From: a virus
DNA length: 64,000 bases
Direction: 5' to 3' (one strand)
Virus record (IMG/VR): IMGVR_UViG_3300046820_003928
Coordinates: 76,421 to 140,420 of that record
The first letter of the stretch is position 1. Each line of letters begins with the position of its first letter. Positions 1-9,768 of the stretch are shown one piece after another. The notes beneath the pieces were generated by a model that was given only the letters and a program-made list of their open reading frames with translations, did no database searches and was not told the origin of the DNA. Both the position numbers and the translations under genes were made by a program.

Positions 1-582
1 CGTAAGACTTCCTGCATACTTTTTATTGAATTTTTCATTGAGGATTTTGACAACAAGCGTGTCAACATTTTCGTTTACCTGAGGCATTGGCTCGGCGTGG
101 GGCAATTCACTTCTTAGCATCTCAACGAGCTTTGTCTCAATTAGAACTGTCTTGGCAAGATCAGATCTATCGCCAAGCGCCCATTCATTGAGCGCCACCT
201 GGATCGTAGCAAGGTCTCTGTAGTTTGAGATTCGACGGTGAAAAAACATGCTATCATTGAGCGTGTGATTGATATCCTTGATTAGAAGAGACTTCTCTCT
301 ATCAAGCTTTGTAAAGTCAATACGACGCGCTGCTGCCTTCGACTCTGTCAGAATAACTGCAGATATGGCAGAATCAGAAACTCTTGTTTTTGCAAGAGCA
401 TTGAACAGTCTGAACTCCTTAAATAGCTCAGTGTCCCTAGCAAACCGCTTTGAAACAATGTCAAGCGCGATTTGTGCCTTGCTTCTGTTTCCTTCGATTA
501 GGTATGAAGAAACTGCACGAAGCAAGAGCTCATATACAATTCCAACATTTCTTTTCTTGTTATGATTGATTCCCGTTTCCAT
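1..582 (-). CDS. Hypothetical phage protein downstream of portal (runs off left edge; not in ORF track)
   Basis: ATG at 582-580 overlaps the portal stop (TAATG). The frame METGINHNKKRNVGIVYELLLR...KFNKKYAGSLT stays open to the window edge. Confidence 0.8.
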   Translation of the reverse strand, partial: METGINHNKKRNVGIVYELLLRAVSSYLIEGNRSKAQIALDIVSKRFARDTELFKEFRLFNALAKTRVSDSAISAVILTESKAAARRIDFTKLDREKSLLIKDINHTLNDSMFFHRRISNYRDLATIQVALNEWALGDRSDLAKTVLIETKLVEMLRSELPHAEPMPQVNENVDTLVVKILNEKFNKKYAGSLT

Positions 583-2615
583 TACTCTTTCTCCCCTGTC
601 GTATTTGACACAGAGCCGATATTATCTAATGATCTAAGTATCCCTTCGACTTCAAGATCTCTTTGTTCAGTACTTCTTATACTTCTATCTAGAAATTTTT
701 CAATAAAGCTATCCTTTTCGTCAATCTTTATCTTGTGTGCATTCTTGAGGGGATTGACGAGATCTTTCTTTTCTCCGTAGGGATGTGCTATTGAATCTCT
801 TGGGTCTTTCTTGTCGGATCCAGCAAGATCATCATGGTGAGTCCTGGTCCCGATAGATCCTGTCATCTTTCTTCTTGATCTGTTGTAAATTTCTCTCTCT
901 GCATAATCGGGTCCAACTTTTGTCTTCTCATCAAGAATCTTGCGAGGTGAAACCGGCGGAGATCTTGTGAGTCCAGCAAAAGCCTTCAAGGGCAATCCCT
1001 TTGAGGCAGCTATGCGAGACAGATCGATCTCTGGATCTCCGTCAAGCTCATCAATCTTCGGGAGTCCCCTTGGATTTCTGGTGTCTCCTGCTGTTATTGG
1101 AGTCTCTCCGCCGCCGGGACCAAGGTCAATACTTGAGGTCTCAGGGCCTGTCTCAGCGGACTCACCAGGAGATCTTCCTGGAGCACCTTCAGCTCCTTCC
1201 TCATCAGTCCCAGGTAGCTTAACAGCTTCGAGCTGGAGTGACTGCTCCTTGTCCTGCACAAGACCCTTGTCAATCGCATCAATCTCTTCGTCTGGCATCA
1301 TAAAGATGTTCTTCTTGATCCACTTTAGATCGACAAGATTCTCAACGTTCTTTGCTGCCTGTGCAATGGTAAACTTTGTATTGTAAAGCTCCAGCTTCTG
1401 TTGTTGTGCAATTGTTGAAGGATTTGTGAGCTTGAGCTCAAAATCAAGAAGATCGTGTCCGTCAAAACCGTTGCAATAAAGATGAACAATTGCAAGCTTG
1501 TTTAGCTCAGAAATGATAGTGCGCTGAATTCTGTTGATTGATCGAGAAAATCTAATGTCTTCCTGCGACAGTGTTGCTTTGGCGCCGAGACCCTCATCGT
1601 ATCCAAGGTATGCCTTGGGAATCTTGAGAGCAGAAAACAGCTTCTTTTGGATGTACTGGACGTCTTCAATTGCTGCAGCGTTGGTTCCGCCTCCTAGATT
1701 TTCAACCTTTGTCCCAGTTTGTCCGCCTCGAACGGGAATAAAATAATCCTCATCGACGCTCATTGGATTATATCTGAGATCAACTCGACCAGAAGTTCTA
1801 TCGATAACCTGGTTTTTCTTAAGAGTAGCCTGTGCCTGCTCCATGTAGTTTGGAATTTCCTCAGGAGGAACGTTTCCTACGTCAACATAGAAGACTCTTC
1901 TATCTGGTGATCTAACAATTCGATAGACAAGCATCGAATCTTCAATGAGAATAAGCTGTCTCCAGATTCTTCTAGCAGCCTCAAGAACAGAAGTTCCATA
2001 AGGTAAAAATGCATCATTTCCAAGAAGTCTAAAATGCGAAACTTGCCAATTCTGGAGAAGTTGATTTCCCTGTGTTACCCAGCGGTATCTAACAGCAAGC
2101 GGATCATTTTTATCAAATCCTTCCTCTCTTTCGATCTCATTTACAGCAATCGGAAAGACGTTGATGACGCCATGCTCAGGAGAGACGTCATTGAAAAGGA
2201 AGAAGTCTCCATACTTGCACATGTTCCTGGCCCATGAAGTCATGTTAAAGTTGACATTCAGGGTGTCATAAAAAAGCTCGTTTAGAAGCCTCTGGATCTG
2301 TGAATTCTCAGAGTAGATGTGAAGAATATTTCCCTTGTCATCGGGAGATACTGTCTCTTCTGAGTAGATGTCGAGGGCACTTGCAATCTCAGGAGTATAT
2401 TCCATTTCTTGGAAATCAGAATATCTCGCCATTCTATCATACGCGCCGTAGGCGCTCATTGCTGTGCTATAGACGTTGCTTTGTGTCTTTCTAAATAGCT
2501 CGTATGCAGACGTGCTTGTGTCGTTCGGCTTGTACTCTCTTACTCTTCTTTTAACGACAGGGCCACTGCGAAACAGGGATGTGAGTCGATTGAAGATGTT
2601 TTCGTTTTTTGCCAT
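582..2615 (-). CDS. Portal vertex protein, T4 gp20-like, with long C-terminal extension
   Basis: Motifs EDSMLVYRIVRSPDRRVFYVDVGN, DEDYFIPVRG and KKLFSALKIPKAYL are typical of gp20-family portals; adjacent to terminase. Confidence 0.93.
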   Translation of the reverse strand: MAKNENIFNRLTSLFRSGPVVKRRVREYKPNDTSTSAYELFRKTQSNVYSTAMSAYGAYDRMARYSDFQEMEYTPEIASALDIYSEETVSPDDKGNILHIYSENSQIQRLLNELFYDTLNVNFNMTSWARNMCKYGDFFLFNDVSPEHGVINVFPIAVNEIEREEGFDKNDPLAVRYRWVTQGNQLLQNWQVSHFRLLGNDAFLPYGTSVLEAARRIWRQLILIEDSMLVYRIVRSPDRRVFYVDVGNVPPEEIPNYMEQAQATLKKNQVIDRTSGRVDLRYNPMSVDEDYFIPVRGGQTGTKVENLGGGTNAAAIEDVQYIQKKLFSALKIPKAYLGYDEGLGAKATLSQEDIRFSRSINRIQRTIISELNKLAIVHLYCNGFDGHDLLDFELKLTNPSTIAQQQKLELYNTKFTIAQAAKNVENLVDLKWIKKNIFMMPDEEIDAIDKGLVQDKEQSLQLEAVKLPGTDEEGAEGAPGRSPGESAETGPETSSIDLGPGGGETPITAGDTRNPRGLPKIDELDGDPEIDLSRIAASKGLPLKAFAGLTRSPPVSPRKILDEKTKVGPDYAEREIYNRSRRKMTGSIGTRTHHDDLAGSDKKDPRDSIAHPYGEKKDLVNPLKNAHKIKIDEKDSFIEKFLDRSIRSTEQRDLEVEGILRSLDNIGSVSNTTGEKE

Positions 2616-2617
2616 GT

Positions 2618-4231
2618 CTATCCTTTAAAGACCCACGCAAATTCAGGCGGGATCATTCCTGGTTGATTTCTTATTCCTCCAGTCACAAGATCTCTCTTTG
2701 CCTGGACGTTCCGTATGTGTTCGTTCCTCATAATACTATTCGATGCGCCGTTAAAGTGATTAGCATTAACTGCCATTCCTGCAAGCATTGCTCTATTTAT
2801 TGCACCCGAATCTCGAGAATGTTCTGCAGATGCATCATAAAGCCACGATCCAATTGCAAGAGACATCACAAGATCATCGTTCTCTCCCTTCATAGCAGAA
2901 ACCCTGTTGTCCTGCCAGACGAAAGTCTTAAGTTCATCATAAAAGCGAGAAGAATAAGTTACAAGCTGCTTGTTTCTTAGTAATTCTTCAAGTTTTGTAA
3001 GAATCAATCCGCGAGTCTTGCCGCTGGTGTTGAATCCTGCTGTCTCGGTCTCTCCAGGGGGAATATAGTCTCCGATATAGACTGCATTGCTCTTCTGGTA
3101 ATACATCCTCGGATAGTTTAGATCTCTCAGCTTTATGATAGTGGCATATCCGTATGTGTTATTTTCAGGGCAGAGCAATGCTTTGTTGTATAGCATCCCA
3201 AATTCATATAACAGGTCACCAAATCTATCTGGTGCAATTTTTCCACGGTATTCTGCAACTACGTCTCCGACTCCGAGATCTATCACGTGGAAAGTGGAAT
3301 AGTCCTTTCCGTCACCGCGTGCAACATCAGCTGAAATTAGATACTTTGATTCTGCTAGTGGGTATCTCCAGATCCAGACGTTTCTATCGAGTCCCTTTCT
3401 ATCAATCGGTGTCTTGATATTCGCATACACCCACTTTAGCTCGTCATCTCCGAGAAAAGTCTCTCCTGATGATGCGAAATCGCATAAAAGCTCTTGTGCA
3501 ACTTGACGAGAAGACATATTTCTTGTCTCCTTGTCAAACCACGATTGATCTCTTTCTGGGTGAACGTCCCAGTTAAGCTTGATGGGATTGAATTCATTGA
3601 CCCCTGATTCAGCTTCTTTGTAGAGCTTATAGTACTGTCCTCCGACACCGTTCGGAGTTGACAAAATAATTGCCCTGCCACCGGTTGACAAAGTAGGATA
3701 AAGACCTGTCCATAGCTCGTCAAAGTTTCTAACGAAGGCAGCCTCATCTACAATTAGCAGAGAGAGTGACTCAGATCGACCAGCATCATCAGAAGTCGGA
3801 ACTGCCTTAATAGAAGATCCGTGACTAAACTCTACAAATTGCTTGTTATCAGCCACAACCTGCGGAAGAACTAGCCAGGGCGGAAGATTTCTGAGGATTG
3901 TCTTTGTTTTCTTGATGAAGTTCTGTGCAACCTGCAGCTTTGTTGCAATAATAAGGATGTTTTTATCTTTTTGAAAGAGTGCCAGCCATACTGCGTATGC
4001 TGCAGTAAGTGTTGAAAGACCAAGCTGTCGACTTTTTACAACAATATTAAATCGATGATCTATGAAGTCTTTGACACAGTCATCCTGGAAGGGGTATGTC
4101 TTAAATGACAGAAGTCCCTTGGTTGGATGCTGGATCTTGACATAAGTGTTAAAGAAATAAACTGGATCCTTTCCACATCTGATTATCTCTTGGACCTGCT
4201 TTGTCTTGTTTGGTGCAGGTGATGTCGCCAT
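2618..4231 (-). CDS. terL: Terminase large subunit, T4 gp17-like
   Basis: KSRQLGLST (Walker A region), LLIVDEAAF (Walker B), STPNG coupling motif, nuclease motifs ISADVARGDGKDYS and NDDLVMSLAI. Confidence 0.95.
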   Translation of the reverse strand: MATSPAPNKTKQVQEIIRCGKDPVYFFNTYVKIQHPTKGLLSFKTYPFQDDCVKDFIDHRFNIVVKSRQLGLSTLTAAYAVWLALFQKDKNILIIATKLQVAQNFIKKTKTILRNLPPWLVLPQVVADNKQFVEFSHGSSIKAVPTSDDAGRSESLSLLIVDEAAFVRNFDELWTGLYPTLSTGGRAIILSTPNGVGGQYYKLYKEAESGVNEFNPIKLNWDVHPERDQSWFDKETRNMSSRQVAQELLCDFASSGETFLGDDELKWVYANIKTPIDRKGLDRNVWIWRYPLAESKYLISADVARGDGKDYSTFHVIDLGVGDVVAEYRGKIAPDRFGDLLYEFGMLYNKALLCPENNTYGYATIIKLRDLNYPRMYYQKSNAVYIGDYIPPGETETAGFNTSGKTRGLILTKLEELLRNKQLVTYSSRFYDELKTFVWQDNRVSAMKGENDDLVMSLAIGSWLYDASAEHSRDSGAINRAMLAGMAVNANHFNGASNSIMRNEHIRNVQAKRDLVTGGIRNQPGMIPPEFAWVFKG

Positions 4232-4615
4232 TTAATCACCGATTTTGTATGTCGTCTTTCTCCGATAATAAACAGTGCGCTTTGGATTGTAAGGGGACAT
4301 TGAAATCATCTCAACGGAGTCATCAGATACAACCTCTTTTAGCTTTAGAGCGCTTCCTGATGCCGCCTTGTATGCCTTCTCAATTTCCTTCACTCTGTCC
4401 TTGATCTTTACGACAGACTCTTCTGCTTGAGCTCTTAGCTGGTCTCTTGGGTTTATTCCCATTACGACATTTGCTATCGTCGTGTACGTAAAGACAATGA
4501 CATCTCCCTGCATTGTGCTTTTTATGGAGTGTGTCGGGGATGCAACAGTTGAGCTAGCACCCCAGGTGTCATTTAGAATCTGTCCAAGAATATTGACCTC
4601 TTGTGTGCTAAGCAT
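4232..4615 (-). CDS. Hypothetical protein
   Basis: 127-aa ORF abutting terL, preceded by an AGAGGT SD-like sequence; no recognisable motif. Confidence 0.75.
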   Translation of the reverse strand: MLSTQEVNILGQILNDTWGASSTVASPTHSIKSTMQGDVIVFTYTTIANVVMGINPRDQLRAQAEESVVKIKDRVKEIEKAYKAASGSALKLKEVVSDDSVEMISMSPYNPKRTVYYRRKTTYKIGD

Positions 4616-4856
4616 TGTAACCTCTTTGTCGACGAATTAGTTGCATTCTACTGTTGATATACATATCTATCTGCTCACGTGATGGCCTCCACCCGGATAG
4701 CCACTCGGATTGGCGTGCCTCAACAAGCGTCATAGCACATTCTTGACACATCTCAAATTTCTCAAAATACATCCAGTCCCTGTTTGCATCATGTGGAAAT
4801 TCACATGTACCACAGAAAAATGGCATCGAATCAACATGAGACTTTTGCGAATCCAT
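4608..4856 (-). CDS. Small CxxC...CxxC (zinc-finger-like) protein; start uncertain (4856 or 4826)
   Basis: CGTC...CQEC pair; fills the gap between the sbcCD-like gene and the next gene. Confidence 0.65.
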   Translation of the reverse strand: MDSQKSHVDSMPFFCGTCEFPHDANRDWMYFEKFEMCQECAMTLVEARQSEWLSGWRPSREQIDMYINSRMQLIRRQRGYNA

Positions 4857-7800
4857 CTTCCCATCCAATGTCGACAACATTATCAACAATATCCTTGATT
4901 GCATCAACATGTGAAATAATAAGAATGTTTTTGAAATAAGTTTTTAGATTAGTTAGAAGTCTAGCACAGGCTTCGAGATTGCTGTCGTCGAGTGCACCAA
5001 ATCCCTCGTCGATTATGAACATGCTTGACTTAGGAAGAGAAGAAATATTGGTAAGTGCGACACGGATCGCTATCGAAGCAATCATTTTCTCCATACCAGA
5101 TCCAAGCTCAATAAGGCGCTTGTTATCACCATAGTTCAAATAGATCTCAACAGAATTTGAATCATCACAGTCTATTTCAACTGTGAATCCTGCGATCCCA
5201 TCAAGAATCTCTCCGATCTCCTGATTGATCTTGGGAAGTGCATGTGAAATAATCTCTTGGGGCACACCTTTCTTAGAAAATGCAAGCTCGAGAGTCTCTA
5301 GAATCCTAAGTGCCCTGATAGATGAGTTAATTTCACTGATCTGGTTCTTAATGTGTCGGATCTTTTCAGTTTGAATTCCTATCTCTGTTGCAATCTTGAT
5401 AAGTCTAGATTCGCAGTCCTTTAGGTCTCTTTCAAGGTCTGAGATTAGTTTCTCATCTGATTCATTGGTATCTCTGGTAAGCTCAGAAATTTCAATGATT
5501 CGCCTGTTGATTGTAGAAAGATTAGTCTCTCGAGAAGCTATTCTTTCGTTTAGAATTTCCTCTTTGGAATGTTTTGCCTTAAGATCAGACTCAAGCTCCC
5601 TGGATAGATCTTTTATTTTCTTAGCTTTTTCAAGGGCAGCAACAGGATTGTCTCTCTCAAGTGCTGACGCCCGATTTTTAAGGATGTCGATGGCACGCTG
5701 CTTCATAGTAACCTGCGATTCAGCTACAGGAAGCTTCTCCTTGTTAGCGTGTGACTGACAGATGAACTGGCAGGTCGGGTACTGACCCATACATGGTACA
5801 ACGTCTAGAAGTTCAACAGACTTAAGGAGAGTGTCTCTTTCACGCTGTCTTGAATTGAGATCTTTCTCTTCAGAAATAATTTGCTTTCTAATGTCAGTCT
5901 GATCTACAGCCATCTTCTCGAGATCTGAGAAGTTAATGCCTTCGAGTGCAGACTGGGCTCGCGTCGACTTGTCCTTGATTGATTCAATCTTTTCTTCTAG
6001 AGAAGACTTTTCCTGTCTAATCTTCTCAAGTTCAGACTCGATGGATGCTTTTTCACTTTCGAGACGAGACAGCTCCCTTCTGTTCTTTATTTGATCATGT
6101 GGGACTTTGCTTGTGGCGTCATTTATCTTGTCACGCAGAGATCCGATCTTTGTCTGGGTCTCTTCTTTTTCCTGCTCAAGATTTTCAATCTTGTCCTCGC
6201 AGATCTTAATTTGCTCATTGCATTCAATTTCAGATCCGGCAAGTTTTAGCTTCGTCTTGTAAGGAGCAATGTCTGACTTTACCTTGTTGTTAAGATCTTC
6301 AAAATAATCAATGTCAAGAAATCTTGTTAGCATTTGCTTTCTTGCTGTAGACTTCTCATTGATGAAGAGATTCATGTTTCCCTGGGGAGAGAGACATGTG
6401 TAGAAAAAGTCATCTGATGTCCCAATTAGGCGACGCAAGACCTTTTCTGTCTCTCTTCTCTGTTCATCGTTTAGGTCTACATGCTCAGCAAGTCCGTTCT
6501 CAACCTTTGAAACAGAAAGAGTTGTGCTTGCCCAGACTTCTGACTTTTTAGGGTAGTTCTTGACTGTCTCTCTGGTGATCTCGTATTCATCAGAAGAAAC
6601 TGACAGATTAATCTTTGTTTTGCAAAATTCCTTTTTTGAATTTATCACGTGAAGATTTTTCATACTTCCACGATCCGTGGTATTGAAAAGTCCGTATGTA
6701 ATAGATCCAATAATAGAAGACTTGCCAGATCGATTCTTTCCAAAGATGCCTGTTATTCCAGGAAGCTTTCTAAAATCGATGCTGTTGCTATCGCCATAGG
6801 CAAACAGATTGTCAAAATCAATCTTATTAAGATCCCACTTAACATTTCTTACTTCATCTTCAGCACCTTGTCTTGACTTTAGATAAAAGTCTAGCTTCTG
6901 AAGTGTTTCAGATTCTATCTCGCTGGGAAGCTCTCTTCTTTTTATGAAATCCACAAGAGACTGTTTGACATCAATTGTAGAAATTTCTTGAACTCTTTCG
7001 GGCGTCGAAATAACCGAATCAGCGAGAGTTTTGTATGTTATCTCAACAGGAGAGCATGACGATTCTACAAGATTGCAAATCTCTCTTACTTTAATCGCAT
7101 CCCGTGTTTTAATGTCAAATCTTACTCTTGCCTGGCCGGGGATTGACTTGACAATTTGCTCTGGATGATGAACGTCATCAATCTCAACAGTTAAAAACGG
7201 GTGTACGTTTTTAACAGAATGAAATTCAACATCAAAATCATTCTTTGATCTGATATCCCAGACAAGAAATCCCTTTCGGTTTTCTTCAGAATAATTTTGC
7301 TGGATAGTTGATCCCGGGTAAGCGATAGTTCTTTGCTTGTTTAGAAACTGTCGCTTGTGAATGTCACCAAGCAGAGAAAAATCAAATCTTTCAAAGAAGC
7401 TTAAATTTGTCTCTCCCTCTAGCTCGTAGTCTGTATCAGAAACAGCGCCCTTCACAGATCCGTGATAAAGCGCAATATTCACCTTACTAGGGTCGATTTT
7501 TACATCTTCCCAAGGCTCTCTGTCAAACAGGGAAAAGACATGAAAAAGAACATCAGGATCGAGCGTCTCGTAGGTTCCTGACTTCTTCATAAGTCTAATT
7601 CTTGGATTGTTTAGCGTGGATATGATCGGAGAGATTGCATCTTGCCGATTCTTGTTCATGATTAGTCCATCATGATTGCCAAGAATGACATCAACAGGTG
7701 CAATCTTTGCAAGAGATTCAAACCACCAGCTTAGAATGTCAATAAGCTCTGGAGTAATTCCCTGTGTCTTAGAATGGACAATGTCACCGCCGATATAAAT

Positions 7801-7914
7801 CAGATCGGGGTTTATTTCTCGAAGTGAGTTAAATGCATCTTCGAAAGCGATCTTGTATTCACTGTGCCTAGCAAGGCCACGAAAATGAATGTCGGCAAAG
7901 TGCGCAATTTTCAT
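4831..7914 (-). CDS. Fused Mre11/SbcD nuclease and Rad50/SbcC ATPase (gp47+gp46-like)
   Basis: N-terminal metallophosphoesterase motifs ADIH, GGDIVH, LGNHD, LGDIH. Then Walker A GKNRSGKSS, a long coiled coil, signature GSGME, Walker B IIDEGFGALD and IISH. Confidence 0.93.
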   Translation of the reverse strand: MKIAHFADIHFRGLARHSEYKIAFEDAFNSLREINPDLIYIGGDIVHSKTQGITPELIDILSWWFESLAKIAPVDVILGNHDGLIMNKNRQDAISPIISTLNNPRIRLMKKSGTYETLDPDVLFHVFSLFDREPWEDVKIDPSKVNIALYHGSVKGAVSDTDYELEGETNLSFFERFDFSLLGDIHKRQFLNKQRTIAYPGSTIQQNYSEENRKGFLVWDIRSKNDFDVEFHSVKNVHPFLTVEIDDVHHPEQIVKSIPGQARVRFDIKTRDAIKVREICNLVESSCSPVEITYKTLADSVISTPERVQEISTIDVKQSLVDFIKRRELPSEIESETLQKLDFYLKSRQGAEDEVRNVKWDLNKIDFDNLFAYGDSNSIDFRKLPGITGIFGKNRSGKSSIIGSITYGLFNTTDRGSMKNLHVINSKKEFCKTKINLSVSSDEYEITRETVKNYPKKSEVWASTTLSVSKVENGLAEHVDLNDEQRRETEKVLRRLIGTSDDFFYTCLSPQGNMNLFINEKSTARKQMLTRFLDIDYFEDLNNKVKSDIAPYKTKLKLAGSEIECNEQIKICEDKIENLEQEKEETQTKIGSLRDKINDATSKVPHDQIKNRRELSRLESEKASIESELEKIRQEKSSLEEKIESIKDKSTRAQSALEGINFSDLEKMAVDQTDIRKQIISEEKDLNSRQRERDTLLKSVELLDVVPCMGQYPTCQFICQSHANKEKLPVAESQVTMKQRAIDILKNRASALERDNPVAALEKAKKIKDLSRELESDLKAKHSKEEILNERIASRETNLSTINRRIIEISELTRDTNESDEKLISDLERDLKDCESRLIKIATEIGIQTEKIRHIKNQISEINSSIRALRILETLELAFSKKGVPQEIISHALPKINQEIGEILDGIAGFTVEIDCDDSNSVEIYLNYGDNKRLIELGSGMEKMIASIAIRVALTNISSLPKSSMFIIDEGFGALDDSNLEACARLLTNLKTYFKNILIISHVDAIKDIVDNVVDIGWEDGFAKVSC

Positions 7915-7920
7915 AGATCA

Positions 7921-7949
7921 ACTATACGTGTGAATTTACTAGAATTCAA
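7921..7949 (-). promoter_or_regulatory. Sigma70-like promoter, probably leaderless
   Basis: TTGAAT(7949-7944)-17 nt-TATAGT(7926-7921), 6 nt before the ATG at 7914. Confidence 0.55.
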
Positions 7950-8233
7950 TTTCTAAGCTTCTTTATTACCCGTGCCATCTCAACGATTTTTTCGTCAAGT
8001 TCAGGAATTCCAGTCTCATCTCCGCTCATTCCGTCATAGAGATCAATTGCCGCTCTAATGAGAGAGAAAAGTGCGTATCTTGTTGTGACAAAATCGTCGT
8101 CACATTTGCATGATCCTGAGCAGCCGCAGCCATCTGTAGCTGGCGGATCATCGATGTCTCCGGGTAGGTCCTTCCTTCGATAGATTGCATCATCAGATAG
8201 GATCTTTCTTATTATTTCTCTTATGTTCTGCAT
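7946..8233 (-). CDS. Small hypothetical protein with Cys cluster and N-terminal IREIIRKIL motif
   Basis: Likely start MQNIRE at 8233, just after the primase stop; contains GCGCSGSCKC. Confidence 0.65.
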   Translation of the reverse strand: MQNIREIIRKILSDDAIYRRKDLPGDIDDPPATDGCGCSGSCKCDDDFVTTRYALFSLIRAAIDLYDGMSGDETGIPELDEKIVEMARVIKKLRN

Positions 8234-8240
8234 GATGATA

Positions 8241-8247
8241 TAACTAT
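8241..8247 (-). promoter_or_regulatory. ATANTTA putative late promoter (ATAGTTA)
   Basis: 7 nt upstream of ATG 8233; one of nine minus-strand copies found upstream of starts. Confidence 0.5.
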
Positions 8248-9212
8248 CACAGAATTGAGCCACTTCTAATTGAATGAATGCGAGAAAGAAGGGAAGTCCT
8301 AGCAGACCAATCTGTTATTCTCGCTACAGATTCCTCGATCTCATCCCGACTCATGCTTCCTAGGTCTTTTTGATCAGGAATATTCATAAACTGAACCTTG
8401 CATCCGTATTCTACAAGAGAGTCAGCAATTTTTTTTGCCTTGTCTTGTGCATCATGATCAAGTGCCATTATAACGTGTGATTCATTGAGGACAAGTTTTC
8501 TGAAAATTAGGCTTGTAGGTAACAGAGAGGATCCAAGAATAACAGCACTATTTCTGTTCAGGCTGATTTGGTCAAAAACACCTTCAACAAGGAATATTGG
8601 TTCATCCCAGTTTATGTCACATTCATTAAAAATAATTGAAGTCTTATCGACCTTTGAATTAATGTACCTGTATCTTGACTGATCGTCGATACTTCTAGAG
8701 ACAAAGTAGTTTTCGTCTCCCTGATCATCGAGAGAGATAAAAAAGATTCGTCTGGGGTCTCTTCCAGTGGGTGTCATTCCAATTCGATATCGATACATTT
8801 CTGGTTCATTGACACCACGAGAAGACAGATAAGATATTGCTGCCCTTACGTTTGGAGATCTCGATCCAAGTAGATTTACGATAGGAACAAAACCCTCTGG
8901 ATACTCAAAGACAATCTCTTCTTCTTTTTCAGCAATATCTTTGATAATGTGCTGGTTGAGAAACTTTTCTCGATAAAGGTTGACAAGCTCTCGAGATTTT
9001 GATTTTCTTAAAATCGGAACAAGAGTCTTGCCTTTTTCATTGCAAACCCAGCAGTGAAAGCTCCAAGTGCTCAAAGAGATTGAAAGCTTTTTCTTTTTTG
9101 CGTCTTTGCAGAGTGGGCAAGAAACAGCAATATCCTCTCCGCTTCGAGAGACTATTCCCTTTCCAAAGGTTCTCTCGATGAAAGATACTTTCTCAGTTAT
9201 TGTTGGTTGCAC
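8247..9212 (-). CDS. DNA primase (CHC2 zinc finger + TOPRIM)
   Basis: CPLC...FHCWVC zinc-binding domain, LVEGVFD, ALDHD and KDLG TOPRIM motifs; GTG at 9212 is the likely start. Confidence 0.88.
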   Translation of the reverse strand: MQPTITEKVSFIERTFGKGIVSRSGEDIAVSCPLCKDAKKKKLSISLSTWSFHCWVCNEKGKTLVPILRKSKSRELVNLYREKFLNQHIIKDIAEKEEEIVFEYPEGFVPIVNLLGSRSPNVRAAISYLSSRGVNEPEMYRYRIGMTPTGRDPRRIFFISLDDQGDENYFVSRSIDDQSRYRYINSKVDKTSIIFNECDINWDEPIFLVEGVFDQISLNRNSAVILGSSLLPTSLIFRKLVLNESHVIMALDHDAQDKAKKIADSLVEYGCKVQFMNIPDQKDLGSMSRDEIEESVARITDWSARTSLLSRIHSIRSGSIL

Positions 9213-9219
9213 ATATAAG

Positions 9220-9247
9220 ATTCTATGTGAAGACCTACTCTTTACAA
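9220..9247 (-). promoter_or_regulatory. Sigma70-like promoter, probably leaderless
   Basis: TTGTAA(9247-9242)-16 nt-TAGAAT(9225-9220), 7 nt before GTG 9212. Confidence 0.45.
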
Positions 9248-9768
9248 CCCATCGATCCCGCAAGGGCTATAACATAGGCATCTGCCATATCATAGGCGAT
9301 CTCTTTGATCTCACCAGATTTCTTCAAAGGCCAGTCAATGCTTACTTGACTTGACACCCACTCAAAGACTTTCTGCTTTGTATTTTTTGTTTTGTCTTTG
9401 TGATCAATTTTGATCTTTAGGTGGTTTCTTGCGTTTGTTACATTGAGAGACACTGGATCAACTTGAAAAACCTGGTATGAGACATAGCTGCAAGCTCCGT
9501 TGAATCTTGCAAGCGTATTGATAGTGTGTGCAGAAGAGAGGCCCCTTCTAAATGAACTCAAGTTCTGCTCGATGAAGACTCTATCGACATTGAAGTCTTT
9601 CTTGATGACTTGTAATCGCTCTTTCACAAACTCACACTTTTCTGAAAATGATGTGTGCTTGGTTAGAACGATAGGCTCTATGTGGACAATTTTCCCAGAA
9701 GAATCAAGGCAACAAACACCTGTGCAAGATGTTGAAATGTCAAGTCCCATCACAACGCTAGAAGTCAT
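9235..9768 (-). CDS. RuvC-like Holliday junction resolvase
   Basis: RNase H-fold acidic pattern MGLDIST...FIEQ...DMADAYVIA. Confidence 0.82.
   Translation of the reverse strand: MTSSVVMGLDISTSCTGVCCLDSSGKIVHIEPIVLTKHTSFSEKCEFVKERLQVIKKDFNVDRVFIEQNLSSFRRGLSSAHTINTLARFNGACSYVSYQVFQVDPVSLNVTNARNHLKIKIDHKDKTKNTKQKVFEWVSSQVSIDWPLKKSGEIKEIAYDMADAYVIALAGSMGCKE

Noticed and set aside
4232-4615. Small terminase assignment for the gene upstream of terL (or for 35341-35721)
   Set aside because: Only position or helical character supports it; no recognisable motif.
9235-9768. RuvC fold as TnpB/Cas12 or transposase
   Set aside because: It is only 177 aa, has no zinc finger or flanking repeats, and sits beside primase, as expected of a resolvase.
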